Shown here: positions 33,158-46,211 of the stretch, in pieces
How the letters are laid out: each line of letters opens with the position of its first letter
Position numbering within the stretch: position 1 is the stretch's first letter
Source: a virus
Virus record (IMG/VR): IMGVR_UViG_3300034122_002094
DNA: 64,000 nt
Strand: one strand, 5' to 3'
Made by a program: the position numbers and the translations under genes
Notes under the pieces: model-generated
Database searches by the model: none
Seen by the model: the letters and a program-made list of their open reading frames with translations, nothing else
Told to the model about the DNA's origin: nothing

Positions 33158-35251
33158 ATGAAGCAGCGCTACAATGCTCCCAGCCCCTACACCGTCGCCG
33201 TCTGTCTCGCCTTCCTCGCCAAGGACTACACCCTCTATGGCTTCGAGGCCGAGGTCCAGGACAAGGCGATCACCCCCAGGTTCGTCGATCTGCATCCGCT
33301 CGCGCGTCGTCTGGGTGACAATCAAGCAGCCTGCGTCGCTGCGCGCGACAATCTCATCAAGCGCGTCAAGCGTCGCGCGCTCAAGAACAACCAGATGTAC
33401 GTCGTCGTGACCACGCAGTCTGTCTCTGGTCGCGCCTACGACTACATGATCAAGCGCGGCGAGGCCACGATCAACCTCGCATGGATCGATGTGGTCAAGG
33501 AGGGCGAGGACCAGACCCCCAAGGCTCGCTACATGAACGAGCATGTCGAGGTCACCAACTACCCACAGCCGAGCACTCACAAGCGCGAGATCGAGCTGGC
33601 ACAGGTCGCCCAGAAGGTCGGCGTCAACAAGAGCGATCTCAAGAAGGCCATCAAGGCCTTGCGGACGTTCGATGACCCGCGTCCCGGTCATGGCAGGCAT
33701 CAGGACTTCTTCTCGATCCCCATCGGCGACTGGAACCAGATCCCGCTGTTCGACAAGCTCGGGCTCGCCAACAAGATCCAGTGTCGCTGCGAGCCTGATA
33801 GCCATACTGCCTACAACGGCGAGTGCCCCATCTGCTCTCATCGCGCCCTCGAAGGCATGATCGACTGTCTCGATGAGTTCATCGAGAGCCCTGAGTATCA
33901 CTTCGAGCGTTCTGAGGATGAGATCAAGCAGCTCAATGGCCGCTATACTCTGCTGGATCTGATGGGCTATGAGTACAACGGTGGTGACTTCGGCGCCTAC
34001 TGGGACTGCGTCAGCTTCTGCTGGCATGACTCGATGTATAGCATCGTCTACCGCGTCGAGAGCACCTTGACCGCTGGTTCTGTCGGTGGCGGCGTCTCTC
34101 TCGACAACCTGCGCGAGTATCGCGATGAGCTGAAGCGCTGTGTGCTGCTCAGCGAGCGTGGCTTGCAGCGCTTCAAGGTGGCCGACGTGGATCATCTCCA
34201 GAGCGATGACGCCGCCGTCTACCAGAAGTGATCGCTAAAAAATCGTTGCATCATTATTAGTGATGCACTATAAAAAATGGTCGGGGCAGTGTGGCCCCGA
34301 CCATTTCAACATCAAGCCTCAAGGTGACGTCATGAATCTCAAGTTCTCCGAATACTATCTGCAACAACTTTGTGCTGACATGATGTCCGCGATGATGCGG
34401 GCGGCCCCGCACGACCCCGAACTGTCAAAGCAGATCCCCTCTCTCTACGACTACCTGTGTTCTGGCCACATGATCTCGACCTTCCTGGACATGTATCCTC
34501 ATGTCTCGCGCGTGGGGTCGATCACGCCTGAGAAGATGCAAGCTCGACATCTTGTCGTGCTCGCTATGGCTCATGTCCTCGATCAAGAAGTGGCGATCTG
34601 CCATGATGATCTCTGGGATGACGCCGATAGCGACCGCAAGAACGACTGGGACTACAAAGACTTCTTCACCGAAGACGGAGAGCCGCTCACGCCAGAAAAC
34701 TATCCGACTGGCGATGAAGACTGAGCTGTGGCCACGTTATATAACAAAAAACTAAAGGTGACGTCATGCTGTTCACTGGTGTGCAGAAGAAAGAGCTGCC
34801 TCAATCTGTCCTCATCTCTCTCCTCTCCTTCCATCTCCGCATCGAGAGCTGCGATGGGGCCTTCATCTCGCTGGCCCCATCCAAGACCCTGGCTGCTGCT
34901 CGGGAGATCGAAGGCGAGATCTACACCCAGCTCCTCGCTGAGCGCTCATACAGGAACGCGACTGAGACGATCTCCTGTGCCGTCGAGATCTACGATACTG
35001 TGGTCGATGTCGAGTTCACGACCAACAACCTCTCTGGTCCTGACGAGCAAGACATCCTGCCTGAGCCTGAGCCGATCGAGGGCGCGCTGTATGTAGCCTC
35101 TCAGGCTGTCTGTGAGGTCATGTGGGGCAAGGGTCGCATCGACTTTGTCTGTCCCGGCGATCTCCTCGGCTTCGAGACGACGAGAGCCAAGCTCCCCAAC
35201 GGCACATGGGTGCCGATCCTCCGCTGCCTCGGGCTGCGCAGGAACAAGTAA
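33158..35251 (+). other. hypothetical genes 33158-34231, 34332-34724, 34766-35251
   Basis: + strand ORFs with plausible RBS and TCATG starts. Confidence 0.7.
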
Positions 35252-35279
35252 GATCTAAAGCTATGGAGCTAAACGCCTA

Positions 35280-35545
35280 GTTAGACTTGGCTATGGCTCG
35301 GCAAGGGTGCAGTAAAGTCTAACATTTCATGAGTCAGAAATCACCCGGACAGTTGAGCCTCGCTCCTGTCTACACCTCCGCTGATTGCATGAGACAGATT
35401 GTGGTAGATCCACAACGGACTGAGACCAGTGCTACATGGTCTTTCCAAGCCGTGGCTCGCGGTGTCCAACGAGTAGACAGATCCAAGCACAGGGCTTGGC
35501 GGCAGCGCGAACTGCCGGAGCGGTTCAACTCCGCTATCTGTCTTT
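35280..35545 (+). ncRNA. candidate structured ncRNA ending in a tRNA-like cloverleaf (35475-35543)
   Basis: Intergenic; several hairpins, then 8-bp closing stem, two 6-bp arms and AGCGG-TTCAACT-CCGCT T-arm. Confidence 0.6.
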
Positions 35546-35573
35546 GGCAATAGTGCCAGTCAAGGAGTCGCAA

Positions 35574-35825
35574 ATGTTAAAGGATCTGTTCAAGGATAAG
35601 ATCAAGGGTCGCATGACGTCAGTGCTCACCTTCAAGCTCGCGCCAGATCTGGCTCAGCGTCTTGAGGATCTTGTGCAGAAGTCTGGCGATGGTTCTCTCG
35701 TGCAGACGTTCAAGATGGCCCTGACCCTCTATGAGAAGGCGATCGACAACAGGATCGCAGGCGGCGAGCTGCACATGGTCAGGATGGTCGATGGTGAGCG
35801 TGTGCTCACCATCATTGAGCTCTAA
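35574..35825 (+). CDS. ribbon-helix-helix (CopG-like) protein
   Basis: SVLTFKLAPDLAQRLEDLVQKSG..SLVQTFKMALTLY pattern; AAGGAG RBS. Confidence 0.6.
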   Translation: MLKDLFKDKIKGRMTSVLTFKLAPDLAQRLEDLVQKSGDGSLVQTFKMALTLYEKAIDNRIAGGELHMVRMVDGERVLTIIEL

Positions 35826-38601
35826 CAAAACGACCTATCTCAAGGAAAGTATCATGACGCATATCGAGTTCGAGAATCTGATCCGTTCCCTCGCGAGAGA
35901 GTCCGACGACACTCGCATCGCAGATCTGCTCCAGGGCTACGAAGAGCTGTATGAGATCCACGCCATCACTGAGCGCACGATCGCCAACTTCAAAGACGTC
36001 GAGCAGCTCAAGAAGATCGCTGCGGGCTATGGCGTGGATCTGGACGATCGTCTCTCGCTAGAGAGCGCCTTCGAGGACGAGTTTGGCGGCGGCACCAACA
36101 TGACGGCGATCGCTGCGATTCAGCTCGACGGCGAGGGCGACGGCTACCTCGACTGCGTCGATCGCTTCATGTTCGATCGCAAGCACGATCTCCAGTACAA
36201 GATGGTCAGAAATGCGCTCAAGCTGATCGACGAGGACATGAAGTGACACCCCAACTCTTTGTGCGCCACTGGGATAGCTGGGTCGCTCACGAGAGCCCGC
36301 TAGGTCAGTACCAAAACCTCATTGGTAGCGTGCCTTGCGCTGTCATGTCTGAGCAGGCTGTGATGCAGCGGCTTGCAAAGTATGTGTCGCTCGGCCTGCG
36401 CTACACTGATGTCATCCAAGGGCATCAGCCCTACCGTGAGATCTCCGACGCGATCTGTCGAAACATCCGCGATCACAAGATCGAAGAAGGTGTTCTCATG
36501 CTCGACTGGGTAGTGTTCAGGCCCAACCGAGACCCAGACCAAGACGACGATGAGATCATTGTCGCCCAACTCGTCCTCGACATCGAGGACATCATCAGAA
36601 TGTCAGAACAGGAGTATCAGCCATGAAGACGATGGACAGCATCGACATCACCCTCTGGATCAACAACCTCAAGCAGGGAGAGAGCATCCCTCAGTATATC
36701 AAGGAGCAGGCGGACAGGCTCACTTATCTGGGTGGTGGTGTGGTACTCTGGAATCAGCCTAACGATGAGGGCGGTGAGCTGGTGATCGTCAGCGGCTCGA
36801 TCAAGGAGGCAGGTCGTATGCCAGGGTTTGCCGATGTAAATGCTGCTGGTCGCGCAGACGACAACCTCAAGTTCCTGTGCAAGTGCTGGCACGACCGCAA
36901 GGACGATCAGTCGTTCAACCTCTACGACCCGTCTTCTTATCTCGGAAGACATGACAGACTCGTTCATGTCACTGGTACGTTCGGTGACATCAAGAGCTGG
37001 TTCATCAACAACGACAAGGTGTGAGGCACAACATGTCAGAAGAACTCGATCTCCTCATCCTGAGCGTCAAGAACGGTCAGGATGAGTTCACAGAATACTT
37101 CAAGCGCCAAGTGCAGGCTCGCATGAGCGAGCACCAGCCCCCGGTGACTGTCGCCGCTCCTGTCGCGCCAGCAGCAACTGCTGAGATCGATATGGGCACC
37201 AACTGGGATCGGCAGGCAAGCATCGTCGAGAAGGCCCCAAAGAGCGCTGCTGAGGCGTTCCGTTCAAGTGAGACCCCAAGGGTTCGCACCGGCACGTTCT
37301 CGCCCGTTGTAGACGATCCTGCGCAGTACAAGACGATTTCTCGCCGGTCGCTCCCAGGGTTCACGCCGCAGCTTCGCATCAGCGGAGACAACCTGATCGA
37401 GGACTGCCTGCATCACTCGGCGCTGCGCAACATCGACACCGATACGCTGCTGCTGGCCCTGTCTGTGCCCGAGCCGACCAAAGAGGTCATGAAGATCAGG
37501 CAGGCCATCATCGACAACCTCCAGTATCCCAAGCAGATGCTTGCTGGTCTGCTGTTCGCGGTATGTGGCCTGAGCGAGGAAGAGATCACCAAGCGGCTTG
37601 ACCTCAAGTTCTCTGCTGTGTCTTCCTATCTGAGCACCACCCGCAAGTCAGCAGATCTGATGACGCTGACCAAGCGTCGGCTCTCCACGTCTCCCGAGCA
37701 TGATCATCGCAGCATCGTCGGTCGTGACACTGGCGCGGCGCTCAACGGGCAGCTCCTGCCCAAAGAGATCGCATTGGCCAACAAGTGGCGGCGGGCGCCT
37801 GAGCACATGAGAAAGACAGGGCCGAACAGCTTTGTCATCTCACAGATCGTCGAGTCGGCGCCGTTCAAGATGCTCCACGACATGTGGCCGCTGATCAGCG
37901 CCAAGAAGATCGAGGGCGGCATCCGCCAGCGCTTCCGTCCGCGCGTCACGAACAACCAGTTCGCTATGGCTGTCATGTACAGGGCGCATGGATTCTCGAT
38001 GACTGACTATCGCTCCATGCACACCAAGATGCTCAACAAGTTCCCAGATCTGTTCATCAGCGTTCGTCAGATGGAGAACCTGTTCTCGATCTATGACTGC
38101 GCCATGTGGAACGGTATCAGGAACATGATCAACGAGCACCAGCTCTACATCACCTATCCTGGCTTCGCGCTCCTCGTGGATCGCGCTGAAGACTATCAGG
38201 GCTAAAACAACACTCGGGGCCGCAAGGCCCTTTCTCAAGGCAACGTATCATGACGTATCGTGAACTGCTCGAAAAGATCTCCAAGATGGACCCGACCTTC
38301 CTCGATCACAAGGTGACGCTCTGCACTGATGATGACGAGTACAGCCTCATCACAAGCACATGGATCGCTGACGGCGCAGAAGAAGCTGGCCCTGAGTCTC
38401 GCCGACCTGTCAAGGGCCAGCTTGTCTTGTGTCAAGAAGAGTTCTGCGATGAAGATGAAGATGACGAAGATGACGACTATGGTGAGGAGCAGGCGGAGCG
38501 GGCCATGCTCGCTGGCATGTCTCATGGGACCGCTGGCTACAACGAGGCAATGGGCTACGATCTCTTCGAGGGCGATGACGACTACTGAGGTCTAGCCTCT
38601 C

Positions 38602-38642
38602 AAACATCCGACACAGATTTGCGGTCTGTGTCGGATGTTTTT
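38602..38642 (+). terminator. intrinsic terminator
   Basis: AAACATCCGACACAGAT/GTCTGTGTCGGATGTTTTT. Confidence 0.7.
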
Positions 38643-41293
38643 CAAGTATAGTCGCAATTTAGTGATCAGTTTTATCTCGTTGTAAATTTTTTAGAGATCG
38701 AGCTAAATAGTATCCACGCAGCGCATACCGCGCAACATCCTCAACACAAACTCGGAGCATACAATGCAGCCCGCTTCGCAGACCTTCAAAAATATAAGCT
38801 CTCTTGTGATGGCGCAGGGACGCTATCATGAGTTTGCTCATGTGGTGACGTGCGAGGCAGCCTACTGGCTTCAGTGGCCAGAGTATCCAAACACCTGCCT
38901 TGTCCCTTTTGTCTTCGAGTGGTATCGAGTCATGAGGTGCAAGTTAGCGGAGAGATACGACCTGTGCCGAGCGAAGGGTTGCTCTGGCAGCAAGTATTCT
39001 TTCTATTATATGTTGAATGGCAAGCCGAGCTACGATTACACGACGTGGGAGAAATTCTACGTCGCAAAAAGCGTTGTCGTCTGTCAGTCTATCACAGACT
39101 CAACGCCGAACGTCTGTGCGCCCTCAATCGACGTCGACTGAGAAGTCACGTCAACATTCTCAACAAATCATCTCAAGGTATCATCATGTACGGATCGAAG
39201 ACTGTCCTCATCTCTCAGCTCCCCGCCATCATCGCCCCGCTGCTGCGCGCTGGCAAGATCAACACGCCTGACATCCGGCTCACTGGCAACGATGAGCCCT
39301 ACGTCGCTCCCATCTCGAACGATGGTCAGCGCTGTACGCAGCATCACGTCAACGTCGCGACGGGCGAGGTCAAGACGTTCGTCGGTTCCTGGGGTGGCGC
39401 CAACATGTTCGAGCGCACCATCGATCATGTGAAGAGCAAGATCACGCTCGGCGATGACGAGTACATCGTCCGCTGCTACACTGGCTATCCTCGCGCCAGC
39501 GCCGTCGTCGAGTGCAACATGAAGACGTTTGAGACCTACAAGACCGACAGCGTCGACATGACCGACAAGGAGGCCAAGGGGCTGTCTATCGTCTGCCACT
39601 GCTCCAGCTCATACCGCAAGGAGAGCTGGCGTCGTGACGTCGGCGGCGCCTATGACGCAGCTCATGCTGTCGTCGTGTCTCTCGTCGAGAAGGGCCTCGT
39701 CAAGGTCGCCAAGAACGGCTCTATCTCGGCCACCGTCGCTGGCAAGATGGCGCTCGACCAGCGCGAGCTTGAGAAGCGCTCAGTCTCTCACTACTGATGA
39801 TCACCTTCGAGATCCAGTATATCAAGCAGGACGGCGTTGAACACGCCTACTTGCTTGGCCACAGGATCGTCAAGAGAGATCAGCAGCAGCCTCTCTCGGC
39901 TGCGCTATTTAGTGTTCTGTGTCAAGAGCTTGAGCGAATCGGCCTCAACCTATCCAGACAGAAGATCTGGGCGCTGGCCGAGCAGCTCGAAGAAAAGTCA
40001 ACAGCAAGCCTCAGTCTGGAGTCTCAAAAATGAATGAGCAGCATCCTCTATTCAACGTCGCCATCGAGAAGCATGGATCGTCCTACCTCGAAGCGGTCCA
40101 GGATCGGGTAAACAAGTACCATCAGATGTTCCGCTCGATGGAAGCCATGAAGTGGCCATTCTTTGGTCCTGGCTTCTCGCGCGATGAAGAGCGCATCCTG
40201 TACGATCACTGCATCTACAACGCTGCGGGCATCCCATCACGGATGTTCGACGTCTACTCAGATGCTCGGCGCTACTTGATGGAGGGCAGCGCTGATCCGG
40301 CACTGTGCGCCGAGTTTATGCGAAAGGCTCGCGCTCTCGCGCCAGAGATCGCGACACTTGAGCAGAAGTTCGAGAAGATCGCAAGCTGGATCACTGACGA
40401 GCCTGACTTCGAGGCTGACGCTTTTGATAAGCTCGTCAAAGATGAGCGCTCACTTGAGGGCGCCCTTGAGCATGTCAGAGAGAACTCCTGGACCGAGAAC
40501 ACTCTTGAGTCGTATAAGATCTTCTTCTCAAAGAACCTTTACGACAAAGAGAACGACCTATGCGAAGGCGTTGACTATTTGAGAGAGATCGGCGACACCA
40601 TCCGATCGAACGACACCCTCGATGACATCATCATGCGTGCTGTCAACGCCTATATGGAACAACAGCTCTGCGCAGCCATTCGGACACTCGCAAAAGAGCG
40701 CGTGGAAGAGTTCGATCTGGACTTTCGTCGCTACGACGAGGACGAAATCCTTGAGCACTGGATTCAGGCGCAGCTTCATGAGCAGAACCGACTGCACAAG
40801 TATGACCGCTCCTTGTCGTGGGCCGCCTTCGATCTGTATCCCAAAGACTTTGATCTGCTCGTAGAGCGCACCAACTGGATTCGCGAGAACACCGTCGAGG
40901 ACGATGATGCACAAGAGTCGTGAGAGTGTTCGCGCCAATCGTGGGACCGCCAGTGGCTGCCGAAAGAGGCTCTACAAGCTCGGGCTGAGCCATCTGGAGC
41001 GCTACGGCGATGACGACAATGATCCAGACCCACAGGCGTTCATCGACCACTGGGAAGCGCCTTCCGATCATCATCGCTTCAAGGGATACTGGCCTTGCGG
41101 CCAGCCTTGGCGAGGCCTCAAGCGTCAAGCCAACAAAGAGATCCGCCGCTGCTACGATCAAGAGCTGGGGCGCATCTGCAAGCTCTCTGCTGGCGCGCTG
41201 GAATCTCAAGCTGAGATGTTCGATGAAGAGTTCGATCCGTATCGTTTGATGCGCGTCGAGCGCATCAAGTATGTCAACAAGTTCACTTGAGCA

Positions 41294-41331
41294 AAGAGCT
41301 GGATCGAGAGGTCCAGCTCTTATTTTATTTT
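41294..41331 (+). terminator. intrinsic terminator directly upstream of a promoter cassette
   Basis: AAGAGCTGGATC-GAGA-GGTCCAGCTCTT followed by ATTTTATTTT. Confidence 0.8.
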
Positions 41332-42597
41332 CTCGTTGCGAAATAAATAGTGATATAGCATAAAGAAAGTGTGCAGCGACGAGGCTGCCAACATCATAAG
41401 GAGGCGCATCATGGATGACAGTGAGAAGCTCGCAAAGATCATCGAGAGCATCAAGGGCAAGACATACGAGGAGACTGCTCAGATCATCCTGAACCTGGCT
41501 CAGAATGCTGAGAAGCTGATGGACCTCAACAAGCAACTCGACAAGATGACGAAGGAGCTACTGGACGATCTGACCGTCACTGAACCAACGGAGTTCCAAC
41601 GCGCTCACTGGAGCGACCAAGCTCTTGAGCAGCTCTTCAACGATCTGCTGAAGAGGACTGAGCGGTCCATGACTCACACAAAGAAGCTCACCGGTGTCCT
41701 GAACAAGGTACAGCGAGAGCGCAAGCGGAGACGCGATCATGTTGACGCGGTGCGAGCAGCGAGAGGCAGTGATGAGTGAGCAAAAGTATGTGAAGATCGA
41801 TGTACGCATCGATCACTGGCAGACGATCCTCGTGCCCGTGGATGAGCGCAAGTTTGAGATCCTCAGCGAGCTTGATGCGCCGCCTGATGCGCTGGACGAG
41901 TCTGCCCAGTTTGAAGCCAGTGAAGTCTACGGCGAGGTCTATGACATCTGGAAAGGCATGAGCGATGCCGAGCGAAGTCAGCGCTGCTTTGTGATCAAGG
42001 ATCACATCGAAGACGATTTTGGCTTTGATGTCGCCAAAGACAACGCTGTGAACGATGTAGCCGATCGAGATCCAGCTCTCTTCATGGGAGTGATCCCGAC
42101 CAGCGCTGAGCTGGCTATCGTCGATCACCCCAGGCTGGATGAGCTATCGATCAGTGAGCTTCGGAGCATTGAAGCTGATCAGTCCTGCGACAGGATCAAG
42201 CTGCTCATCGAAGACCTGATCGCCAAGCGTAACGAGATGCTCCCAGAAGATCCAGGCCAAGCTATCGAGCTGCTGCTCAGGACGCTTCGCCTTGCAAGAA
42301 GGCTCTACTGATGCAAGAAGAACTGAAAGAGGTTGAAGAGCTGTGTCGCGCCTTCCCAAAGCTCGAAAACGGCAAGACTCGGTTCGATGTCTTCGTGCCG
42401 CAGACAAGCGGTAGAAGCAAAGATCCGGCGCTTCTGTGTGTCAGCGACTATGCCAAGGACCATGCGTGGGTCTTCCGATTCCATGCACGCGGCGCTGGCG
42501 GCAAGTGGTTTGTCGCCTGCATGGCCACCCAACAACGCTTCGGCTGCTCCGCTGGTGAGCTGCTGGAGACCTTCAAGACCAAACTGGAGATCTGACG

Positions 42598-43389
42598 ATG
42601 AAGACCTATGCTCTGACCGCTGTCTGCCGCCAACTGTGCAAGCTCGATCCGAATCACCCCTACCAAGGCAGTGATCTGGAGGCCCACATCATCCGAGACG
42701 AGATCGAGCAGTACAAGCCGATCATCGAGGCTCACTTCCCTCCTGGGACCGTCGATGTCTTCGGCCTGCGCGCTGAGTGGTCGCACACAATGATCCTCGG
42801 CAGTGGTGCTGATCAAGTGGTCCTGCTTGGTGCCGGACTGGATCTGCTGGCCCACCGCTACTACATGCGCCCTGTCACCTTCTTCGAGGTCGATCTGGCC
42901 TCAACGATCGCTGTCAAGCGCCTGAAGCTCTTGAGCACACCTGATGACATCGACCTGCACGAGCACCATATCACCTATGTGCCCTGTGACTTCGAGTCTG
43001 ATGACTTCGCTGCGCTGCTCATTGAGCACGGCATCGATCTCACGAAGCCCACCATGTTCGTCTGGCTGGGGGTTTCCTACTATCTGGAGCGTCAGACCGT
43101 CCTCAACACGCTGCGCAAGATCAAGTCGATGGGCTTCCCCGAGGTCATGATCGCGATGGACTATGCGCTTGAGACCGGATCTCCCACCAGCGAGGCAGAG
43201 ATCAAGCTCGCTCAGATGGGCGAGCCGATCAAGACCAAGTTCAAGTCGATCATCCCTGACATCGCCAAGATCGGCTTCAACGTGTTCAACGAGTGCTCAG
43301 TCTTGAGCGAGGCGCTCAACTATGGCCTGCCCATCTACGATGGTGATGCGCGCCAGCTCATGTTCGCGTACATCAGCCACCAGAGCTGA
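42598..43389 (+). CDS. class I SAM-dependent methyltransferase, LCM (leucine carboxyl MTase-like) family
   Basis: QVVLLGAGLD..AHR, FEVD, YVPCDF, PTMFVWLGVSYYL. Confidence 0.85.
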   Translation: MKTYALTAVCRQLCKLDPNHPYQGSDLEAHIIRDEIEQYKPIIEAHFPPGTVDVFGLRAEWSHTMILGSGADQVVLLGAGLDLLAHRYYMRPVTFFEVDLASTIAVKRLKLLSTPDDIDLHEHHITYVPCDFESDDFAALLIEHGIDLTKPTMFVWLGVSYYLERQTVLNTLRKIKSMGFPEVMIAMDYALETGSPTSEAEIKLAQMGEPIKTKFKSIIPDIAKIGFNVFNECSVLSEALNYGLPIYDGDARQLMFAYISHQS

Positions 43390-43454
43390 GCAAGGCCCTC
43401 AAGCAATACAACGGGCGATCAACTCGCCCTGAATCTCAACTGCAAGGAAGTATC

Positions 43455-45391
43455 ATGCTGCCAGAAGACCGTCTCGATCTCAACGACGCCGTTGCCAAGA
43501 ACCGTCACCGGTCGCTCATCATCAAGGGCGTTCGCTTCCACCTCACCGCCGAGATCTTCGGCACCTACGAAGACCCTGTCGCGGGCTGCCTCGGCTACCA
43601 CGACAACACCGGCTTCTCTGAGCATCTCTGCACGGCCAATCTCTCCAGTCCGATCGTCGTCGACAACATGGTCTCCTTTGATCCTGAGCAAGGTTTTCAG
43701 GCTCTGCTCATGTCGAGCATCTACCAAGACACCATCGACTCGCCAGCCAATCTCGAAGAGAAGATCGGCAAGGTCTGCGATCGGATCTGTGCTATGATGA
43801 ATCAGCTCGCGGATGATCAGGACCAGAAGATCCAGGTCTCGGTGCCAGTGCGCGCGACGCGGGTCTATGACGTGATGGTGCCGATGGAGATGTCGACGCG
43901 AGAGTACGCCAAGATCCTTTTGAGCACGCAGGACGATCAAGAGCGCAGCGAGGAGCTAACGCGCCATCTCCTCGATCAGAATACGCTCGACGTGCAAGTC
44001 GATGCCATGCTCGCTGGTGGCGAGGTCTCGTATGAAGAGTACGACAAGGATCTCTCCACCGACAAGATCTTGATCGGTCATGCTCATCTTGGAGGCGCAG
44101 ATGAGCATGACGAGGGCATCCTTGTGAAGACACGTTCCCTCGCACTCAACGCACTCAAGCTCAAGATGCTCGCCAAGTCCAAGGGCTGAGCTGTTCTGCT
44201 GATGACAACAACGGGCGACAGGTTCGCCCCAACCAAAAGAGAGTATCAAGATGGACGAGACCGAAGAGAATATCGTGTTCGATGATGACACCCTGGATCT
44301 GGCCGATGGCGATCTCGATGGCAAGCGCTTCAAGCTTGTGGGTGTCCGGCTGCGCCTCGTCGCACAGCTCATCGTGGAAGACACCACGGCTGGCGCCGAT
44401 GACTTCACCCATCATCTTGACGACCGTGTCGTGACGCTCATGACTCACGATCAGATGCTGCCGCTCCATGAGGTCGCCTTCCTCGGCGAGCTGGTCAACG
44501 ATCCCAATATGGGCTTCAAGATCGACACATCGATCCATGATCTGGCTCTGGCCCCCAATAAGAGCCTGAGCGAGCGCGTAAACGAGATCGCTGACTCCTT
44601 CGATGAGATGGTCGAGATCGACGTGCCTGTGACGGTCGAGTACCACAAGGAGGACGTCTTGACCGTCAAGGTGCCCAAGGGTGCGCTGCTCCGCGCCGCC
44701 AAGGCTGATGTGGATCGCACAGGTGATGAGTCTAACTCCTCATCCATCAACAAGCTCGTGTATGACTACAACGATGTCGAAGATCTGTATGACGCTCAGA
44801 ACATGCGGATCTCTCCTGACGTGTTCTGCCAGGTCTCACAACCCCGAGCTGTCAAGTCAGTGAGTGATCCCGAGACCAACGAGAAGTTCCACGAGATCAC
44901 CAAGCGCAAGGTCAACAAGCGCTGATCTGTTGTGGTTCAATAGGTGCTGTGATACACTCGCAGCACCTTCTGACCCCATAACAAACGGAGGCGTCATGGA
45001 GACCAAGGTGTGTGAAGTTGAGATCGGTCGCGAGAAGTATGAAGCCTTGTTGGAGGCGTTCAAGACGCCTGCAACAGAATGGCCGAACCACGACTATCTC
45101 TCACAGTATGATGAGGGCGACATCGTCTGGGATGTCACGGCGACGTTCGATGACGGTTTTGATCTTGATCTGTTCGTGCGTGCGCCCTGTGACTTCGAGG
45201 ATGAAGATCCTGATGAGGTTGCGTGGGGTGAGCTCGTGCTCTGGTCGCCAGGCATGAACGGGGGCGAGATGATCGAGTTGGATTCTGATCAGATCGACGA
45301 CTTCAAGGAGCAGGCATACCTGTTCCAGTATGGCGACGTCGTTTACCAGATGACCTTGCGGGTCGTGAATGACCTGCCCGAGGAGGACTGA
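43455..45391 (+). other. three acidic hypothetical proteins (43455-44189, 44251-44925, 44996-45391)
   Basis: Each preceded by a hairpin and an RBS-like motif. Confidence 0.7.
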
Positions 45392-45392
45392 G

Positions 45393-46211
45393 ATGCAGCT
45401 CAACATTACCGACAAGCCGCTCAAGGGCAAAGAGATCTGGCTCTGGAGCGATCCGCATCTGTGGCATGGCGCCGATGACGGTAGTACCGGCATCATCAAG
45501 ATGGGCAAGAGGCCATTCTCAAGCCTCGCGCACATGCAGCAGTCGATGATCGAGAACATGCTGGAGCACATGCCAGACAATGCCATCATCATCTGCAATG
45601 GCGACCTGTGCATGGGCAAGAACGACAAGCTCACAGAGTTCTTGTCGAAGTGCCCCTTCCAGATCATCTGTGTTCGTGGCAACCACGATCCAGACCTCCG
45701 CGTCCTGACCATCATGAAGCCTGATGGGACGCTTGAGCATCGCGACCAGACCTACTACCTCAACAAGCCTCTGCTCTTCCCTGACAACTGGAAGGTCTGG
45801 TATGTTGACAAGCTGTGTCTGCGTGGCCTTGTCTACCAGTCAAGGTCTGGCATGACTGTGAGCCGCATCAACTTTGACCACTATCCAGCCGAGGAGTGGC
45901 ACGGATGTGAGAAGAGTGGCATCCTGTTCCACGGTCATGTTCATCACAACGATCCGGCTGATCGGATGCAGGGACGGTTCAACATCTGCGCTGATGTGGT
46001 CGCAGCCCGACACCGTGATGCCCTGACCGCTCTCGGCGCCGACCTGGCCGATCCTGTCTACCAGTACATGCAGCAGCGCTGCTATGCGCCCTATCCCATC
46101 GACTACTTCATCACCGCGCTGGAGCTTGACCGTGAGAGCGTGGCGCGGCGTCCGAGTGACCGCTGGCCAAACGGTGGAGTGATCTTCGGTGAGCGAGAAG
46201 ACGAGTCGTAA
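45393..46211 (+). CDS. calcineurin-like metallophosphoesterase
   Basis: SDPHLWH, NGDL, RGNHD, HYP, HGHVH motifs. Confidence 0.9.
   Translation: MQLNITDKPLKGKEIWLWSDPHLWHGADDGSTGIIKMGKRPFSSLAHMQQSMIENMLEHMPDNAIIICNGDLCMGKNDKLTEFLSKCPFQIICVRGNHDPDLRVLTIMKPDGTLEHRDQTYYLNKPLLFPDNWKVWYVDKLCLRGLVYQSRSGMTVSRINFDHYPAEEWHGCEKSGILFHGHVHHNDPADRMQGRFNICADVVAARHRDALTALGADLADPVYQYMQQRCYAPYPIDYFITALELDRESVARRPSDRWPNGGVIFGEREDES

Larger units (their letters stand above)
35854..42595 (+). other. hypothetical genes (35854-36246, 36243-36626, 36623-37024, 37021-38205, 38250-38588, 38764-39141, 39186-39797, 39797-40033, 40030-40923, 40904-41290, ~41411-41779, ~41772-42311, 42311-42595)
   Basis: Coupled + strand ORFs; 37021-38205 has a sigma-region-4-like HTH segment (GLSEEEITKRLDLKFSAVSSYLS). 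Confidence 0.65.

Noticed and set aside
35475-35543. tRNA-Sec, tmRNA or canonical YrlA
   Set aside because: No UCA anticodon or long variable arm; no tmRNA-type ends; arm order is D-anticodon-T rather than the permuted YrlA order.
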